A DNA stretch of 64,000 nucleotides from Sandaracinaceae bacterium. GTDB taxonomy: Bacteria; Myxococcota_A; Polyangia; Polyangiales; JAFGIB01. The stretch lies in NCBI GenBank assembly GCA_017881055.1, contig JADGRF010000013.1, positions 75,201-139,200 of the forward strand. The letters run 5' to 3'. A program made the translations under genes and the position numbers. Below, piece by piece: positions 22,591 to 31,861 of the stretch. The stretch's first letter is position 1; each line of letters opens with the position of its first letter. The notes beneath the pieces were generated by a model. The model worked only from the letters and a program-made list of their open reading frames with translations. It made no database searches and had not been told where the DNA came from.

Positions 22591-24033
22591 GTGCCGTCGC
22601 ACGCTGCTGACACCACCGCGCTGGTCTCACGCGCGCGGCTCCTTGCCTTCCTGATGCTGTGCGCGTGCACGCTCGCGCACCAGAGAGCGCGCGCGGACGA
22701 CACCGAGGTCGACACGGAAACGACGCTGCAGGCGTACGACGTGCAATCACCAGCCACTTCGGTGGTCTGGTCGCGTAGGCGGCTGACGCAGTCGCTCGGT
22801 CTGCGCTACGTGCGCGCGCTCGCTGACACCACCGACGATTCGCGTCCCGCGCCATCGATCGCGGTGCACGCGCGCCTACGGTTGAACCAGGATTTTGGTG
22901 ACACCTGCCTCGTCGGCGACAGCCTGTGCTTCGCCGTGGTGAACCCTGCGCGCCGTGGCAGCTACACACCGCTCGCGAACAATGGCTTGCTCGACATGCC
23001 GCTCGCCTACATCGAAGCACGCGACTTGCCGTACGGCACCGAGACGCGGGCAGGGCGCCAGGTGCACTACGACGCGATCGGCTTCACGCGCATCGACGGC
23101 GTTTCCGTGCGCACGGCACCGAGCTCGCTGATCGCGGTCGAAGCCTTGGCAGGCGCCCTGGTGCGCCGCGAGAGCATCGCCGGAACGGATTCCTTCGTGC
23201 CCGATGGCATTCCGCGGCTCGCGCTCGATCCGCTGGAGCGTCAGCGTGCTTCGTACATCGCGCCGGAGATCACGAGCTGGCTGCTCGGCGCGAACCTGGA
23301 GCTCGGCGACGAACAGATCGTGCGCGGCAGCGTCGCGTACCGTGCGCTGCTCGAGGACGGCGCGTGGGTGGAGCGGCGTGTTGGCGCAGGCCTCACGTCG
23401 CATCCACTCACGCCACTGCGTCTGTCCACGCACGCGGTGCTCGACACGATCGATCCCGAGCTGATCGACGCGGACGCGGGCGCCGATCTTTGGCTGGGCC
23501 CGTATCGTGCGCACCTCGAGCTCGAACGTCATGTGCCACGCTTCGATCCCGCGAGCATCTGGGCATTCTTCGATGTCGCGCCGGTGTGGATCGCAGGAGT
23601 CGGCGCGTCGCGGCAGCTGACGGAAGCATGGAGCGTGGATGCTTCCGTGCGCGGTCGACGAACGGAGCTCAGTGTCGGCGCGGATCACGATCTCGGCTTC
23701 GAGCTCGGCACCACGTTCGCGACACCTCGTGACACGATGGCGTTGTCCGGCTTCGGCTGGGCCAGCGGACAAGGCCCGCTCTGGGGTGCGAGCGTCTCGG
23801 GCAGCCACCGGTTGACGATGGCGCTCACGCTCGAGGCCGAGCTGTCCGCGATGCGTATCGACGACCCGCTGCGGATCGCGCTGCGCGGTGTGTCACTCTA
23901 CGAGCTCCTCGGCGCGCGCATCGCCATCACCGACGAGTCCTCGCTGCAGCTCGCACTGTCGCACGCGCACAGCGAGCCGATCGGACAACGCCTCTCGTTC
24001 ATGGCATTTTTGCACTTGGGAGCATGGCGATGA
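22591..24033 (+). CDS. Putative outer-membrane beta-barrel protein
   Basis: Signal peptide (..RARA-DD), many alternating amphipathic strands, C-terminal FLHLGAWR; GTG 22591 chosen because the longer ORF overlaps rnpB. Confidence 0.6.
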   Translation: MPSHAADTTALVSRARLLAFLMLCACTLAHQRARADDTEVDTETTLQAYDVQSPATSVVWSRRRLTQSLGLRYVRALADTTDDSRPAPSIAVHARLRLNQDFGDTCLVGDSLCFAVVNPARRGSYTPLANNGLLDMPLAYIEARDLPYGTETRAGRQVHYDAIGFTRIDGVSVRTAPSSLIAVEALAGALVRRESIAGTDSFVPDGIPRLALDPLERQRASYIAPEITSWLLGANLELGDEQIVRGSVAYRALLEDGAWVERRVGAGLTSHPLTPLRLSTHAVLDTIDPELIDADAGADLWLGPYRAHLELERHVPRFDPASIWAFFDVAPVWIAGVGASRQLTEAWSVDASVRGRRTELSVGADHDLGFELGTTFATPRDTMALSGFGWASGQGPLWGASVSGSHRLTMALTLEAELSAMRIDDPLRIALRGVSLYELLGARIAITDESSLQLALSHAHSEPIGQRLSFMAFLHLGAWR

Positions 24034-25226
24034 CGCTGTCCGCTCGATTCACGCGCACGACGATGCTCTGCGCGCTAGCCGCGATCGCCGGTCTCGCATC
24101 GTTGTGCGCCACGGCGTTTGGCGATGGCGGCTCCGACGTATCCGCGATCGTATACCCAGCACGTCCCCAGGGCTTGATCATGAATCACCGGACGCCGGCG
24201 CATCGCGCGCTCGCCTGCGTGCACTGCCACGAGAGCTCTGCGAACGCCGCTGCAACGGAAGGCACGCTCGTCCCGCGCGAAGCCGTCTGCACCGAGTGCC
24301 ACGCAGCCGCGACCGATCGCGCGCAACAAGGCGCGAAGACCTGCGGCATGTGCCACCGCGGCTTCGATCCCGGCAGGAGCAGCGCGCTCGCTCCCGTGCG
24401 TGGACAACCGGCGCGCCTGCGGTTCTCGCACGGGCGTCATGCGCGCGCCGAGATCGCATGCACGACGTGCCACGGACAACTCGTTGATTCGTTGCCTGCC
24501 GCTGACGGCGGCAAGCCGTCGCTCGTTTCGCCAACCATGCCCAGTATGGGTGACTGTCTGGCGTGCCACCGCGGCCAAAAGACGCTTCCTTGCAAAGGCT
24601 GCCACATCGCCTTGCCCTCTGGCCTTCTGCGTACGCGCTTCCCCGAAGGTGCGCTCGTTCCGCGCAGCTCGTTCTTAGGCATGGCCCACGACCGCGACTT
24701 CAGTGTGCGTCACCGCTGGCTCGCAGCCGACGACAGCGCGGCGTGCTCGAGCTGTCACGTCGAGAAGGATTGCACCGCGTGCCACGACGGCGACCGCCGG
24801 CCGCGCGGTCTGCACCCGAACGACTACCTGACGCTTCACGCGCAAGACGCCGAGCGCAGCGCCAGTCGCTGCACGTCCTGCCACACCACGCAGAGCTTCT
24901 GCATGCCGTGCCACGCGCGGCTTGGCGTTTCGCCCGTGGCCGCGCCGGATCTCGCGAGCCCCAAGCGCTTTCACCCGCCGAGCGCCGTCTGGGTGCGAGG
25001 CCCCATGCAACACGCGCGGGAGGCCCAGCGCTCGCTCGCGACCTGCGCCAGCTGTCACGCCGAACGCGACTGCGTGACGTGCCACGGTGCACCTGGTATC
25101 GGCGCCGGGGTGTCGCCCCATCCCCCGGGTTTTGCGGCCGAATGCGCAGCCCGCATGCAGGCCAGCTCACGCGCCTGCGCAACCTGCCATCGAGACATCG
25201 AGAATTTGCGCGCACGCTGCCGTTGA
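24024..25226 (+). CDS. Periplasmic multiheme cytochrome c (13 CxxCH)
   Basis: Signal peptide; CVHCH, CTECH, CGMCH, CTTCH, CLACH, CKGCH, CSSCH, CTACH, CTSCH, CMPCH, CASCH, CVTCH, CATCH. Confidence 0.93.
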   Translation: MAMTLSARFTRTTMLCALAAIAGLASLCATAFGDGGSDVSAIVYPARPQGLIMNHRTPAHRALACVHCHESSANAAATEGTLVPREAVCTECHAAATDRAQQGAKTCGMCHRGFDPGRSSALAPVRGQPARLRFSHGRHARAEIACTTCHGQLVDSLPAADGGKPSLVSPTMPSMGDCLACHRGQKTLPCKGCHIALPSGLLRTRFPEGALVPRSSFLGMAHDRDFSVRHRWLAADDSAACSSCHVEKDCTACHDGDRRPRGLHPNDYLTLHAQDAERSASRCTSCHTTQSFCMPCHARLGVSPVAAPDLASPKRFHPPSAVWVRGPMQHAREAQRSLATCASCHAERDCVTCHGAPGIGAGVSPHPPGFAAECAARMQASSRACATCHRDIENLRARCR

Positions 25227-25345
25227 GCACGCCAACTACTCCAAAATTTTCCTTTCGCGTTGCATGCCCCGCCGGTCGCTTTCGCTTGCGCCTCCTTGTT
25301 ACGGGGGTCTACAACGACACGTTGAATCAACCACGGAGGTTCCGC

Positions 25346-25600
25346 GTGAGGGAGCTCGTTCGTTACTTGCTGGAAAACGCATACATCGATTTTGGGGGCG
25401 ACCTCTCCATGGAGAAGGTGCGTGAGTTGCTCCGTGACGACGACACCCGCGAAGCCCGCTCTCTGCTCGCCAAGCTGATCGACGACAAGGGCGTCGATGA
25501 CCTCATGATCACCATCGCGGATTGTCTCAAAGACCATATCCGTGTCGGCATCACCGAGGACACGATTCGCGAGCAGCTGAGCACCTATAGCGAGTCTTGA
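25346..25600 (+). CDS. Small acidic hypothetical protein (84 aa)
   Basis: GGAGG RBS at 25335, GTG start, typical codon usage; stop overlaps the next start. Confidence 0.75.
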   Translation: MRELVRYLLENAYIDFGGDLSMEKVRELLRDDDTREARSLLAKLIDDKGVDDLMITIADCLKDHIRVGITEDTIREQLSTYSES

Positions 25601-26421
25601 GTCGAGCGCACGCGCGCTTGCTCGTGCCGGTGGCGGGTCTGTTGCTGACCGCCGCTGTCAGCTGTGACTTCGCGAGACCGAGCGGCGACATCTCCGCGAC
25701 GCATTGGTCGCTGCGCGTGACGCCCGCCGACGGTTCGCTCGATGCGCCGCGGACAGGTCGCATCATCGTCCAGGTGGATCGACTCCTTTTACCGCGCACG
25801 GTACGGCAGCAGAGCGTGACTCTGCGATCGGGCGCGGTCGATCCGCGCACGGTCGTACGCTTCATGCCGGTCCGTCGCGAGCTCTGGGTCGATCTCGATC
25901 CACGCACGCCGCTCGATCCCGAGACCCGCTACTTGCTTCGCCTCGACGGTCTTGCCGATCTCGACGGCAACACGCCGTCTGAGCCTTTCTTGTCGACGTT
26001 TCAGACCGGCAGCGAGCTCGGCCCGGCCGCCACAGATCCCCAAAGTTCGCCCGCAGCGGCGCTCGCGCTGCTCCAATCCAGCTGCGCTCGCGCGAGCTGT
26101 CACGCGGCATCCACGCCGGCTGCCGGACTTGATCTCTCTAGCTACTCAGGCATCTCGCGCACTGCTCTTGGCCGCAGCTCGACCGCGTCTTCCGGAACCG
26201 TGGGGGCCGAGAGCGCGCGCGGGTCGCTGACCCTCGCTGCGTTGCCAATCATCGACATTGTCGCCGGTCGGGGACAGCCGGCGACGAGCCTACTCATCTA
26301 CAAAGTCCTGGGCGACACGCACGTCGCGGGTGAGCCCATGCCTCCAGACGCCGAGTTGCTGGTTCCGGCACAGCTCCAGCTACTGACCGACTGGATCCTC
26401 AGTGGAGCAGAGGCGCCTTAG
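25597..26421 (+). CDS. Exported Ig-like (Big_5-type) protein with a C-terminal CxxxxCH cytochrome-like domain
   Basis: Signal peptide with AVSC; VTPADGS..P..I.V Ig pattern; CARASCH and ..LLTDWILSGA. Confidence 0.6.
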   Translation: MSRAHARLLVPVAGLLLTAAVSCDFARPSGDISATHWSLRVTPADGSLDAPRTGRIIVQVDRLLLPRTVRQQSVTLRSGAVDPRTVVRFMPVRRELWVDLDPRTPLDPETRYLLRLDGLADLDGNTPSEPFLSTFQTGSELGPAATDPQSSPAAALALLQSSCARASCHAASTPAAGLDLSSYSGISRTALGRSSTASSGTVGAESARGSLTLAALPIIDIVAGRGQPATSLLIYKVLGDTHVAGEPMPPDAELLVPAQLQLLTDWILSGAEAP

Positions 26422-26463
26422 CGTGTTTCCTTCGTGGTTGCGGGCTGCTAGCATGCCGCGGCG

Positions 26464-27357
26464 ATGGCCTCGTCGCGCGTCGTCGTTATCTTCTGTGCTG
26501 TGCTCGGCTTCGGATCGCTAGGTGCGAGCTGCGGCGGCAGCAACCGCGGAGCTTCCGAAGCGGCGGGCAAAACCTCCGCCAGCGTCGCGTCCGGTCCGCG
26601 GATCGACAAGCTTCCGCAAGTCGATACGGGCGAGCTGACCGACGCCGAGAAAGACCTCTGGGTCGATCTCGTCAACGACCAGCTCTCGCCCTGCGGTGAC
26701 CCGATCAGCGTCGCCAAGTGCGTGTCCACGCAGAACAAGTGCGGCGCTTGCGTCACCGCGGCGCGCTACCTCGCGCGCTTGGTCATGGAAGGATACGACC
26801 GCTCGACACTGGTCGAGCACTACCGCGGCCGTTTCGCCAAAGCGCCGCCCCTGCAGCTGTCGCTGGACGAAGCCCCATCTACCGGCGCGCCGATGGCGAA
26901 GATCACGATCGTGGAGTTCAGCGACTTCCAGTGCCCTCATTGCGGTGCCGCGCATCCCGAGCTGGTACGACTTCTTCGTGAATTCGATGGCAGCGTGCGG
27001 CTCGTCTACAAGTATTTCCCCCTGTCCGGCCATTTAAGCGCGATGCCCGCCGCACGTGCCGCGGAGGCAGCACGCCTGCAGGGAAAGTTCTGGCCGATGC
27101 ACGACCGTCTGTTCGAGCATCAGCAGGACTTGAAAGACGAAGACCTGAAACGTTACGCGCAGGAGCTCGGTCTCGATCTGCCACGCTTCGAGGCCGACAT
27201 CGCCTCCGTTGCCGTCCAGAAACGGATCGAGGCCAGCAAGGCCGAGGGCGAAAAGGTGGGCGTTGTTGCCACCCCGACGTTCTACGTCGACGGTCGCCTG
27301 TTCCGTGAATCACCACGCTCGCTCACGGCGTACGTGCGTGAAGAGCTCGATATGTAG
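26464..27357 (+). CDS. DsbA-family thioredoxin-fold lipoprotein
   Basis: Lipobox GASC; EFSDFQCPHC, KYFPL, cis-Pro ATPTFYVDG; extra N-terminal 4-Cys domain. Confidence 0.9.
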   Translation: MASSRVVVIFCAVLGFGSLGASCGGSNRGASEAAGKTSASVASGPRIDKLPQVDTGELTDAEKDLWVDLVNDQLSPCGDPISVAKCVSTQNKCGACVTAARYLARLVMEGYDRSTLVEHYRGRFAKAPPLQLSLDEAPSTGAPMAKITIVEFSDFQCPHCGAAHPELVRLLREFDGSVRLVYKYFPLSGHLSAMPAARAAEAARLQGKFWPMHDRLFEHQQDLKDEDLKRYAQELGLDLPRFEADIASVAVQKRIEASKAEGEKVGVVATPTFYVDGRLFRESPRSLTAYVREELDM

Positions 27358-27419
27358 GCGGAGCAGTTCCGCAACCCGGGGCTGAATCGTCCCCGTGGGC
27401 CACCGTCGAAAGGATCACT

Positions 27420-27941
27420 ATGCCAAAATCGTTCGCGTTCTGGAGTCGTTCCGCGTGTTTCTCGGCGTGCCTGATCGCCGCAGCCCTTGTATTGCCGCGC
27501 CTCGCAGCCGCGCTCGATGCTGGCGCCAAGCTGCCGGAGATTGGTCAAAAGGACCTGGCCGGTAAGCAGGTTACGGCGGCTTCGCTCGCCGGTAAGGTCG
27601 TCGTCGTCGACTTCTGGGCCAGTTGGTGCGCGCCGTGCCGGGAAGAGCTGCCCATGCTCAACGGCCTCTACAAGAAATATTCGGGTCAGGGCCTGGTCGT
27701 CGTCGGCGTGAGCGTCGACAAGGACCTCGACAACATCCAGAAATTCATCGCCAAGATGCCGCTCGCGTTCCCGCTCGTGCACGACTCGGATCATCAGATC
27801 TCATCGCGCTACGCGCCGCCCCGCATGCCGTCGTCGTACATCGTCGATCGTAAGGGCATCGTGCGCTACGTGCACGCCGGCTATCGCGCCGCGGACGCAG
27901 CCGACTTCGAGACGCAGATCAAGACACTGCTCGCGCAGTAA
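27420..27941 (+). CDS. TlpA/ResA-like thiol-disulfide reductase
   Basis: DFWASWCAPCREELP and MPSSYIVDRKG motifs; signal peptide. Confidence 0.92.
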   Translation: MPKSFAFWSRSACFSACLIAAALVLPRLAAALDAGAKLPEIGQKDLAGKQVTAASLAGKVVVVDFWASWCAPCREELPMLNGLYKKYSGQGLVVVGVSVDKDLDNIQKFIAKMPLAFPLVHDSDHQISSRYAPPRMPSSYIVDRKGIVRYVHAGYRAADAADFETQIKTLLAQ

Positions 27942-27951
27942 GCGGCTTCTT

Positions 27952-29469
27952 TCAAGCGTTCACACGCGCGCGGACCTGGTGAAGGAACTCGCCGAGTCGA
28001 TCACCGATGTAGTTCACGACATGCACGTCGCCCGCGGAGAACGCGCCACTGGTCCGGTTGATCAACTGCAACATCCCGAGCAGCTGACCTTCGTTCACGA
28101 TCGGCCGAAGCAACATGCACTCGACCTCCAGCCCCTCGCGGCCATCCGTGGCGGGGTTGAAGTTCGGGTGTACGCGTGCGTCGGGAATGACCACCGCGGC
28201 ATGTTCAACGCGGCCAGCAATCCCGAAGAGCCCCACGCTGCGCGGGGTCGCCTGGCCTTGTCGACGTTCGGCACCTGGGCCTGACACTGCGACGAAACGC
28301 AATTCGTCGGTGTTGATGTCATAGAGGCAAGCGCTGAACGCACGCGCCGGCACAGCGTTGCCCAACAGCTTGACCGCGAAGTCGAGCGCCTGTGCTGCGC
28401 TGCTCAAGTGCGCGAGCTCGTGTAGAGCCTCGAACACCTGCGCGATCCGTTCGTCTGCGTCGCCCTCCGCTTCGGTAGGCATCAACGATGTGTTGCGCTC
28501 CGCAGCGGGGTAGTCGACGAGCGGCTCGCCGCGCCAATCGCGCCACTCCAGGGTGATCAGTGGCGGACGATCGGGCTGATCGGTCCAGCGGTGGTCGAAT
28601 GCGGCGAGGTTCACGAACTTTCCGCGCGGCGCGGCACTGATCTGCGCCCTCAGCTCCGCGAGCGTGAAGCGCAACGCGGCTTCGGCTTCCGTCACGCTCA
28701 TGCTTCGGGGGATCAGATAGGCCCGCTCGCGGTACGTGAGCGGGTTCTGGGCGGTGGGCTCTTCGTCGCGCGTGAGTAGCAACTCGAGAGCGGTTGGTGG
28801 GGGCGCCAGATCGCCTGATGGAGTCGCAGACCCCGGCCGGACGGATGGTTCTCTTGCGACCGAAGCGTTCGCCACTGCGGCTGCCGCCTGCATGTCCGCG
28901 ACGCGGTGCGAAGAGAACGCGACCGTCTCGAACTTCTTCTTCTGCTTCTTGGGCTCGTCGTCACTCGCAACTGGTGCCACAGGACGAGCGACGACTTGCG
29001 CGGGCTGGGCAGCCACGGGCTCGGGCTGTGCGATCGGGACCGGCTTCTCGACAGCTGAAACCGTTGCAGTTGACACGGGAGTGAGCCCTGGGACGTCCAT
29101 GCCCGGCATGTAAGCAACTGTCTGGAACTTACGCTTCTTCGTCGGCGCAGGCGCTGGTTCCGCGACCGAAGGCTGGGCGCTGATCGGCGGCTCTGTGGGC
29201 GGTGCGCCGGTCGGCGGCAACGACGCCGAAATCGGTGTCAGCAGAAAACGTCGCCTCGACGCCGAGTCGAGGATCATGACCGTTCCATCGGGCGCGACGC
29301 TGTTGCTTGCGCCAGGCGGTACGCCGCCGTCTTCGCCGATCTCCTTGCGAGCGGCGCGTAGCGCGCCCATCCAGTTGCTGGCCTCGACCTCCAGCTGATG
29401 CAGGGGCGTGTTGCCGCTGAGCGGGGTGACGATGAGCCTCCACTTTTTCGTGGTCACGACGATGTTCAC
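27952..29469 (-). CDS. GAF-domain protein with an unknown N-terminal domain and Pro-rich linker
   Basis: C-terminal GAF (FSACLYD..F..D..G..ECMLLRPI..LGMLQLINR..FSAGD); no output domain. Confidence 0.78.
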   Translation of the reverse strand: MNIVVTTKKWRLIVTPLSGNTPLHQLEVEASNWMGALRAARKEIGEDGGVPPGASNSVAPDGTVMILDSASRRRFLLTPISASLPPTGAPPTEPPISAQPSVAEPAPAPTKKRKFQTVAYMPGMDVPGLTPVSTATVSAVEKPVPIAQPEPVAAQPAQVVARPVAPVASDDEPKKQKKKFETVAFSSHRVADMQAAAAVANASVAREPSVRPGSATPSGDLAPPPTALELLLTRDEEPTAQNPLTYRERAYLIPRSMSVTEAEAALRFTLAELRAQISAAPRGKFVNLAAFDHRWTDQPDRPPLITLEWRDWRGEPLVDYPAAERNTSLMPTEAEGDADERIAQVFEALHELAHLSSAAQALDFAVKLLGNAVPARAFSACLYDINTDELRFVAVSGPGAERRQGQATPRSVGLFGIAGRVEHAAVVIPDARVHPNFNPATDGREGLEVECMLLRPIVNEGQLLGMLQLINRTSGAFSAGDVHVVNYIGDRLGEFLHQVRARVNA

Positions 29470-29666
29470 CGGTCTCGCGCTCGGAAACGACGCGGAGTAT
29501 CAGCGTTTGTAGCAACCGCGTGTTTAGGCGGTCAAGGAAAGCAAGAAGCAACGCGTTTGAAACAATTGGGCTCTAGTCTGATGATAAAGTTGAGCATGGT
29601 CGATGGGTTGGCGGTCAGGGTCCGCCGACACAAAGCCTGCAAACACCTACGGAAGAACAGTAAACC

Positions 29667-30344
29667 ATGTGGGTTCTCGTGATTGGTTCGAGCGCGATCC
29701 TTCAGCGCGATGACGGCGGTGTTTCCGTGCTGAAAGAGCTGGGCTGCCGCGTGCAGGCGCATGACCTTTGGGACGACTTGGACGAGCCGGCGTTTCTGGA
29801 AGACCCGCCGGCCGCGATTCTGGTCGAAGCCCTGGATCAATTCGACGCGGGTCGTGCGGCGTTGATGCGTATTCGCGCCGTGGCGGCGTTGGCCGAGGTG
29901 CCTTGCCTCGTCGCGGTTTCCGTGGGTCAGGCGCAGCGTCTCGATGGCAACGACGGCTTCGACGATTTCGTCCTCGTTCCGTACGTGCCGGCCGAGTTGT
30001 ACATGCGGATTCGTCGCGCCGAGTGGCGCCGCAGCGAATTCGCCGGCAAAGAGCGGATCAAGATCGGCCCGATGTGCATCGATCTCGCGGGACACGAGGT
30101 TACGGTCGATGGCCGTGTGATCGATCTTACGCACCAGGAGTTCGCGCTGCTCAAGTTCCTGAGCCAGAACCGTGGTCGTGTTTTCAGTCGCGAGCAGCTG
30201 CTGAATCGCGTCTGGGGCGTGAACTACTACGGCGGCAGCCGTACGGTGGACATCCATGTTCGCCGCTTGCGCATGAAGCTCGGGCCGATGGCGGATCCGA
30301 TCGAAACGGTGCGTGGAGTCGGCTACAAAATGAAGGCCCCCTGA
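29667..30344 (+). CDS. OmpR-family winged-helix regulator with an atypical (pseudo-)receiver
   Basis: LTHQEFALL..RVFSREQLL..SRTVDIHVRRLRMKL..IETVRGVGYK; receiver lacks the acidic pair, phospho-Asp and Lys. Confidence 0.88.
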   Translation: MWVLVIGSSAILQRDDGGVSVLKELGCRVQAHDLWDDLDEPAFLEDPPAAILVEALDQFDAGRAALMRIRAVAALAEVPCLVAVSVGQAQRLDGNDGFDDFVLVPYVPAELYMRIRRAEWRRSEFAGKERIKIGPMCIDLAGHEVTVDGRVIDLTHQEFALLKFLSQNRGRVFSREQLLNRVWGVNYYGGSRTVDIHVRRLRMKLGPMADPIETVRGVGYKMKAP

Positions 30345-30488
30345 AAACGGGGCGCCTGGGCTGCGATTCGCGGCGCGATCCGCCTTCGTTTTCTGTGGTG
30401 CGTGGTCACGTACGGGAAGTACGTTCCGCGCGCTCCTCGAAAGCGAAGACGCCTCGCTTGCGACTCGCAGCTCAGGCATCCCCGTTTT
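30344..30488. repeat. Long imperfect hairpin element (family 2), copy A
   Basis: AAAACGGGG..GCTGCGA / TCGCAGC..CCCCGTTTT outer arms; CTTCGTTTTC/GAAAGCGAAG inner stem; tip GGTCACGTAC-GGGAA-GTACG (30404-30423). Confidence 0.75.
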
Positions 30489-30514
30489 CCTGAAATGGGC
30501 GAGGTCTTCTGCCG

Positions 30515-31579
30515 ATGACATCTCTTCACGCGCCCGAGCCTCACGCATTGCCGCTTGCGATCACCACGGGCGATCCGGGGGGTGTGGGGCCGGAGATTTC
30601 GTTGGTGGTCGCGCTTGAGGCTCGCCATCAGACTCCGCTGGTTTTGTTTGGGGATGCGCGGTGGCTTGCGCAGCGCGGGGGTGAGCTTGGGGCACGCGAC
30701 GCGGACTTTGTGCTTGTGCCGGTGCGCGGGCCGTACCAGGTGCCACTTGGAACGATTGCGCTCGCGGATGTCGACAGTCGCTGGGATGCGCAGGCTTTGA
30801 CGCATGCGCCGACGGCGGCGGGCGGTGAGGCGCAGCTGCGGGCTCTCGATGCGGCGATCGATGCGGCGTTGGCCAAGCACGTGCGAGGAATCGTGACGGC
30901 GCCCATGAGCAAGGGGGCGGTGAACCTCGCGGGGCACGATTTCATGGGCCATACGGAGCACCTGGCGCGGCGGGTCGGTCTGGCCGACGACGACGTCACG
31001 ATGATGTTTCTCGGTCCGAAGTTGCGCGTCGCGCTCGTGACCACCCACATCGCGATCGCGGATGCACCGAGTGAGATCACGCAGCCGCGGGTGGAGCGGG
31101 CGATCCTGCACCTCGGAGAGGCCTTGGCGCGCATGCACGCCGGGGCGCTCGCGCGCGGGCAGGCGCCGCATGTGCCGCTGCTGGTCGTCAGCGGCCTCAA
31201 CCCGCATGCGGGCGAGGGCGGCTTGTTCGGCGACGAAGAGCTCCGCGTGATCGAGCCCGCACTACGCTCGGCATCCAAGCGTGAGCCGTTCGTAAGCGGG
31301 CGAGTTCGTATCGCGGGCCCGATGCCGGCTGAGACCGCGTTTCGACAGGCGGCCTCTGGCAGCATCGATGCGATCGTCGCGATGCTCCACGATCAAGCCA
31401 CGATTGCGTCGAAGCTGCTCGATTGGGGCCAAGCCGTGAACGTGACGTGGGGACTGCCTTTCGTGCGCACGAGCGTCGATCACGGTGTGGCGTACGATGC
31501 CGCACGCGCCCACACGGCGGATCCCGAAGGTATGCGTTCTGCTTTGCACCTTGCACAGCGCTTGACCGCGAGCACGTGA
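30515..31579 (+). CDS. pdxA: 4-hydroxythreonine-4-phosphate dehydrogenase
   Basis: GDPGGVGPEI, TAPMSK, GHTE, GLNPHAGE, HDQ, GLPFVRTSVDHG motifs. Confidence 0.95.
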   Translation: MTSLHAPEPHALPLAITTGDPGGVGPEISLVVALEARHQTPLVLFGDARWLAQRGGELGARDADFVLVPVRGPYQVPLGTIALADVDSRWDAQALTHAPTAAGGEAQLRALDAAIDAALAKHVRGIVTAPMSKGAVNLAGHDFMGHTEHLARRVGLADDDVTMMFLGPKLRVALVTTHIAIADAPSEITQPRVERAILHLGEALARMHAGALARGQAPHVPLLVVSGLNPHAGEGGLFGDEELRVIEPALRSASKREPFVSGRVRIAGPMPAETAFRQAASGSIDAIVAMLHDQATIASKLLDWGQAVNVTWGLPFVRTSVDHGVAYDAARAHTADPEGMRSALHLAQRLTAST

Positions 31580-31624
31580 TTCCTGCGCGCCAGCGCCCAC
31601 GGCGTATGTGCAAAGATGTGTGCG

Positions 31625-31654
31625 TTGACGCGAGCGCGCGGTGCTCGTTAACCT
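31625..31654 (+). promoter_or_regulatory. Sigma70-type promoter for the small ORF
   Basis: TTGACG-18nt-TAACCT; AAGGA RBS before ATG 31690. Confidence 0.5.
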
Positions 31655-31689
31655 GTGAATCGATACGATCAATACGGAAGGAACCTGGG

Positions 31690-31839
31690 ATGAAATTTTG
31701 GGACGACTTGAGTCCGTTCGTGCGGCGTACGTTGATTGCGGCGGCGGTGTTTCTGGGCATCTTGCTCGTGGTGCGTCAGGTGGCCTCCACGCCTGCGGGC
31801 AACATCACGCACGTACGAGGAATCAACGCGAAGCCGTGA
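31690..31839 (+). CDS. Small single-TM membrane protein (49 aa)
   Basis: MKFWDDLSPFVRRTLIAAAVFLGILLVVRQ..; RBS and promoter-like sequence upstream. Confidence 0.65.
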   Translation: MKFWDDLSPFVRRTLIAAAVFLGILLVVRQVASTPAGNITHVRGINAKP

Positions 31840-31861
31840 GTGAGCGGGCGGGCTCTGCGTT

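Noticed and set aside
29166-29175. CAGCCTTCGG (minus strand) inside the GAF gene
   Set aside because: It continues GGTC rather than GGCT and has no outer stem; likely chance.
18500-31670. Shared GATACGATC 9-mer in two promoter regions (about 18513 and 31661)
   Set aside because: Only two short matches and no functional link between the downstream genes.
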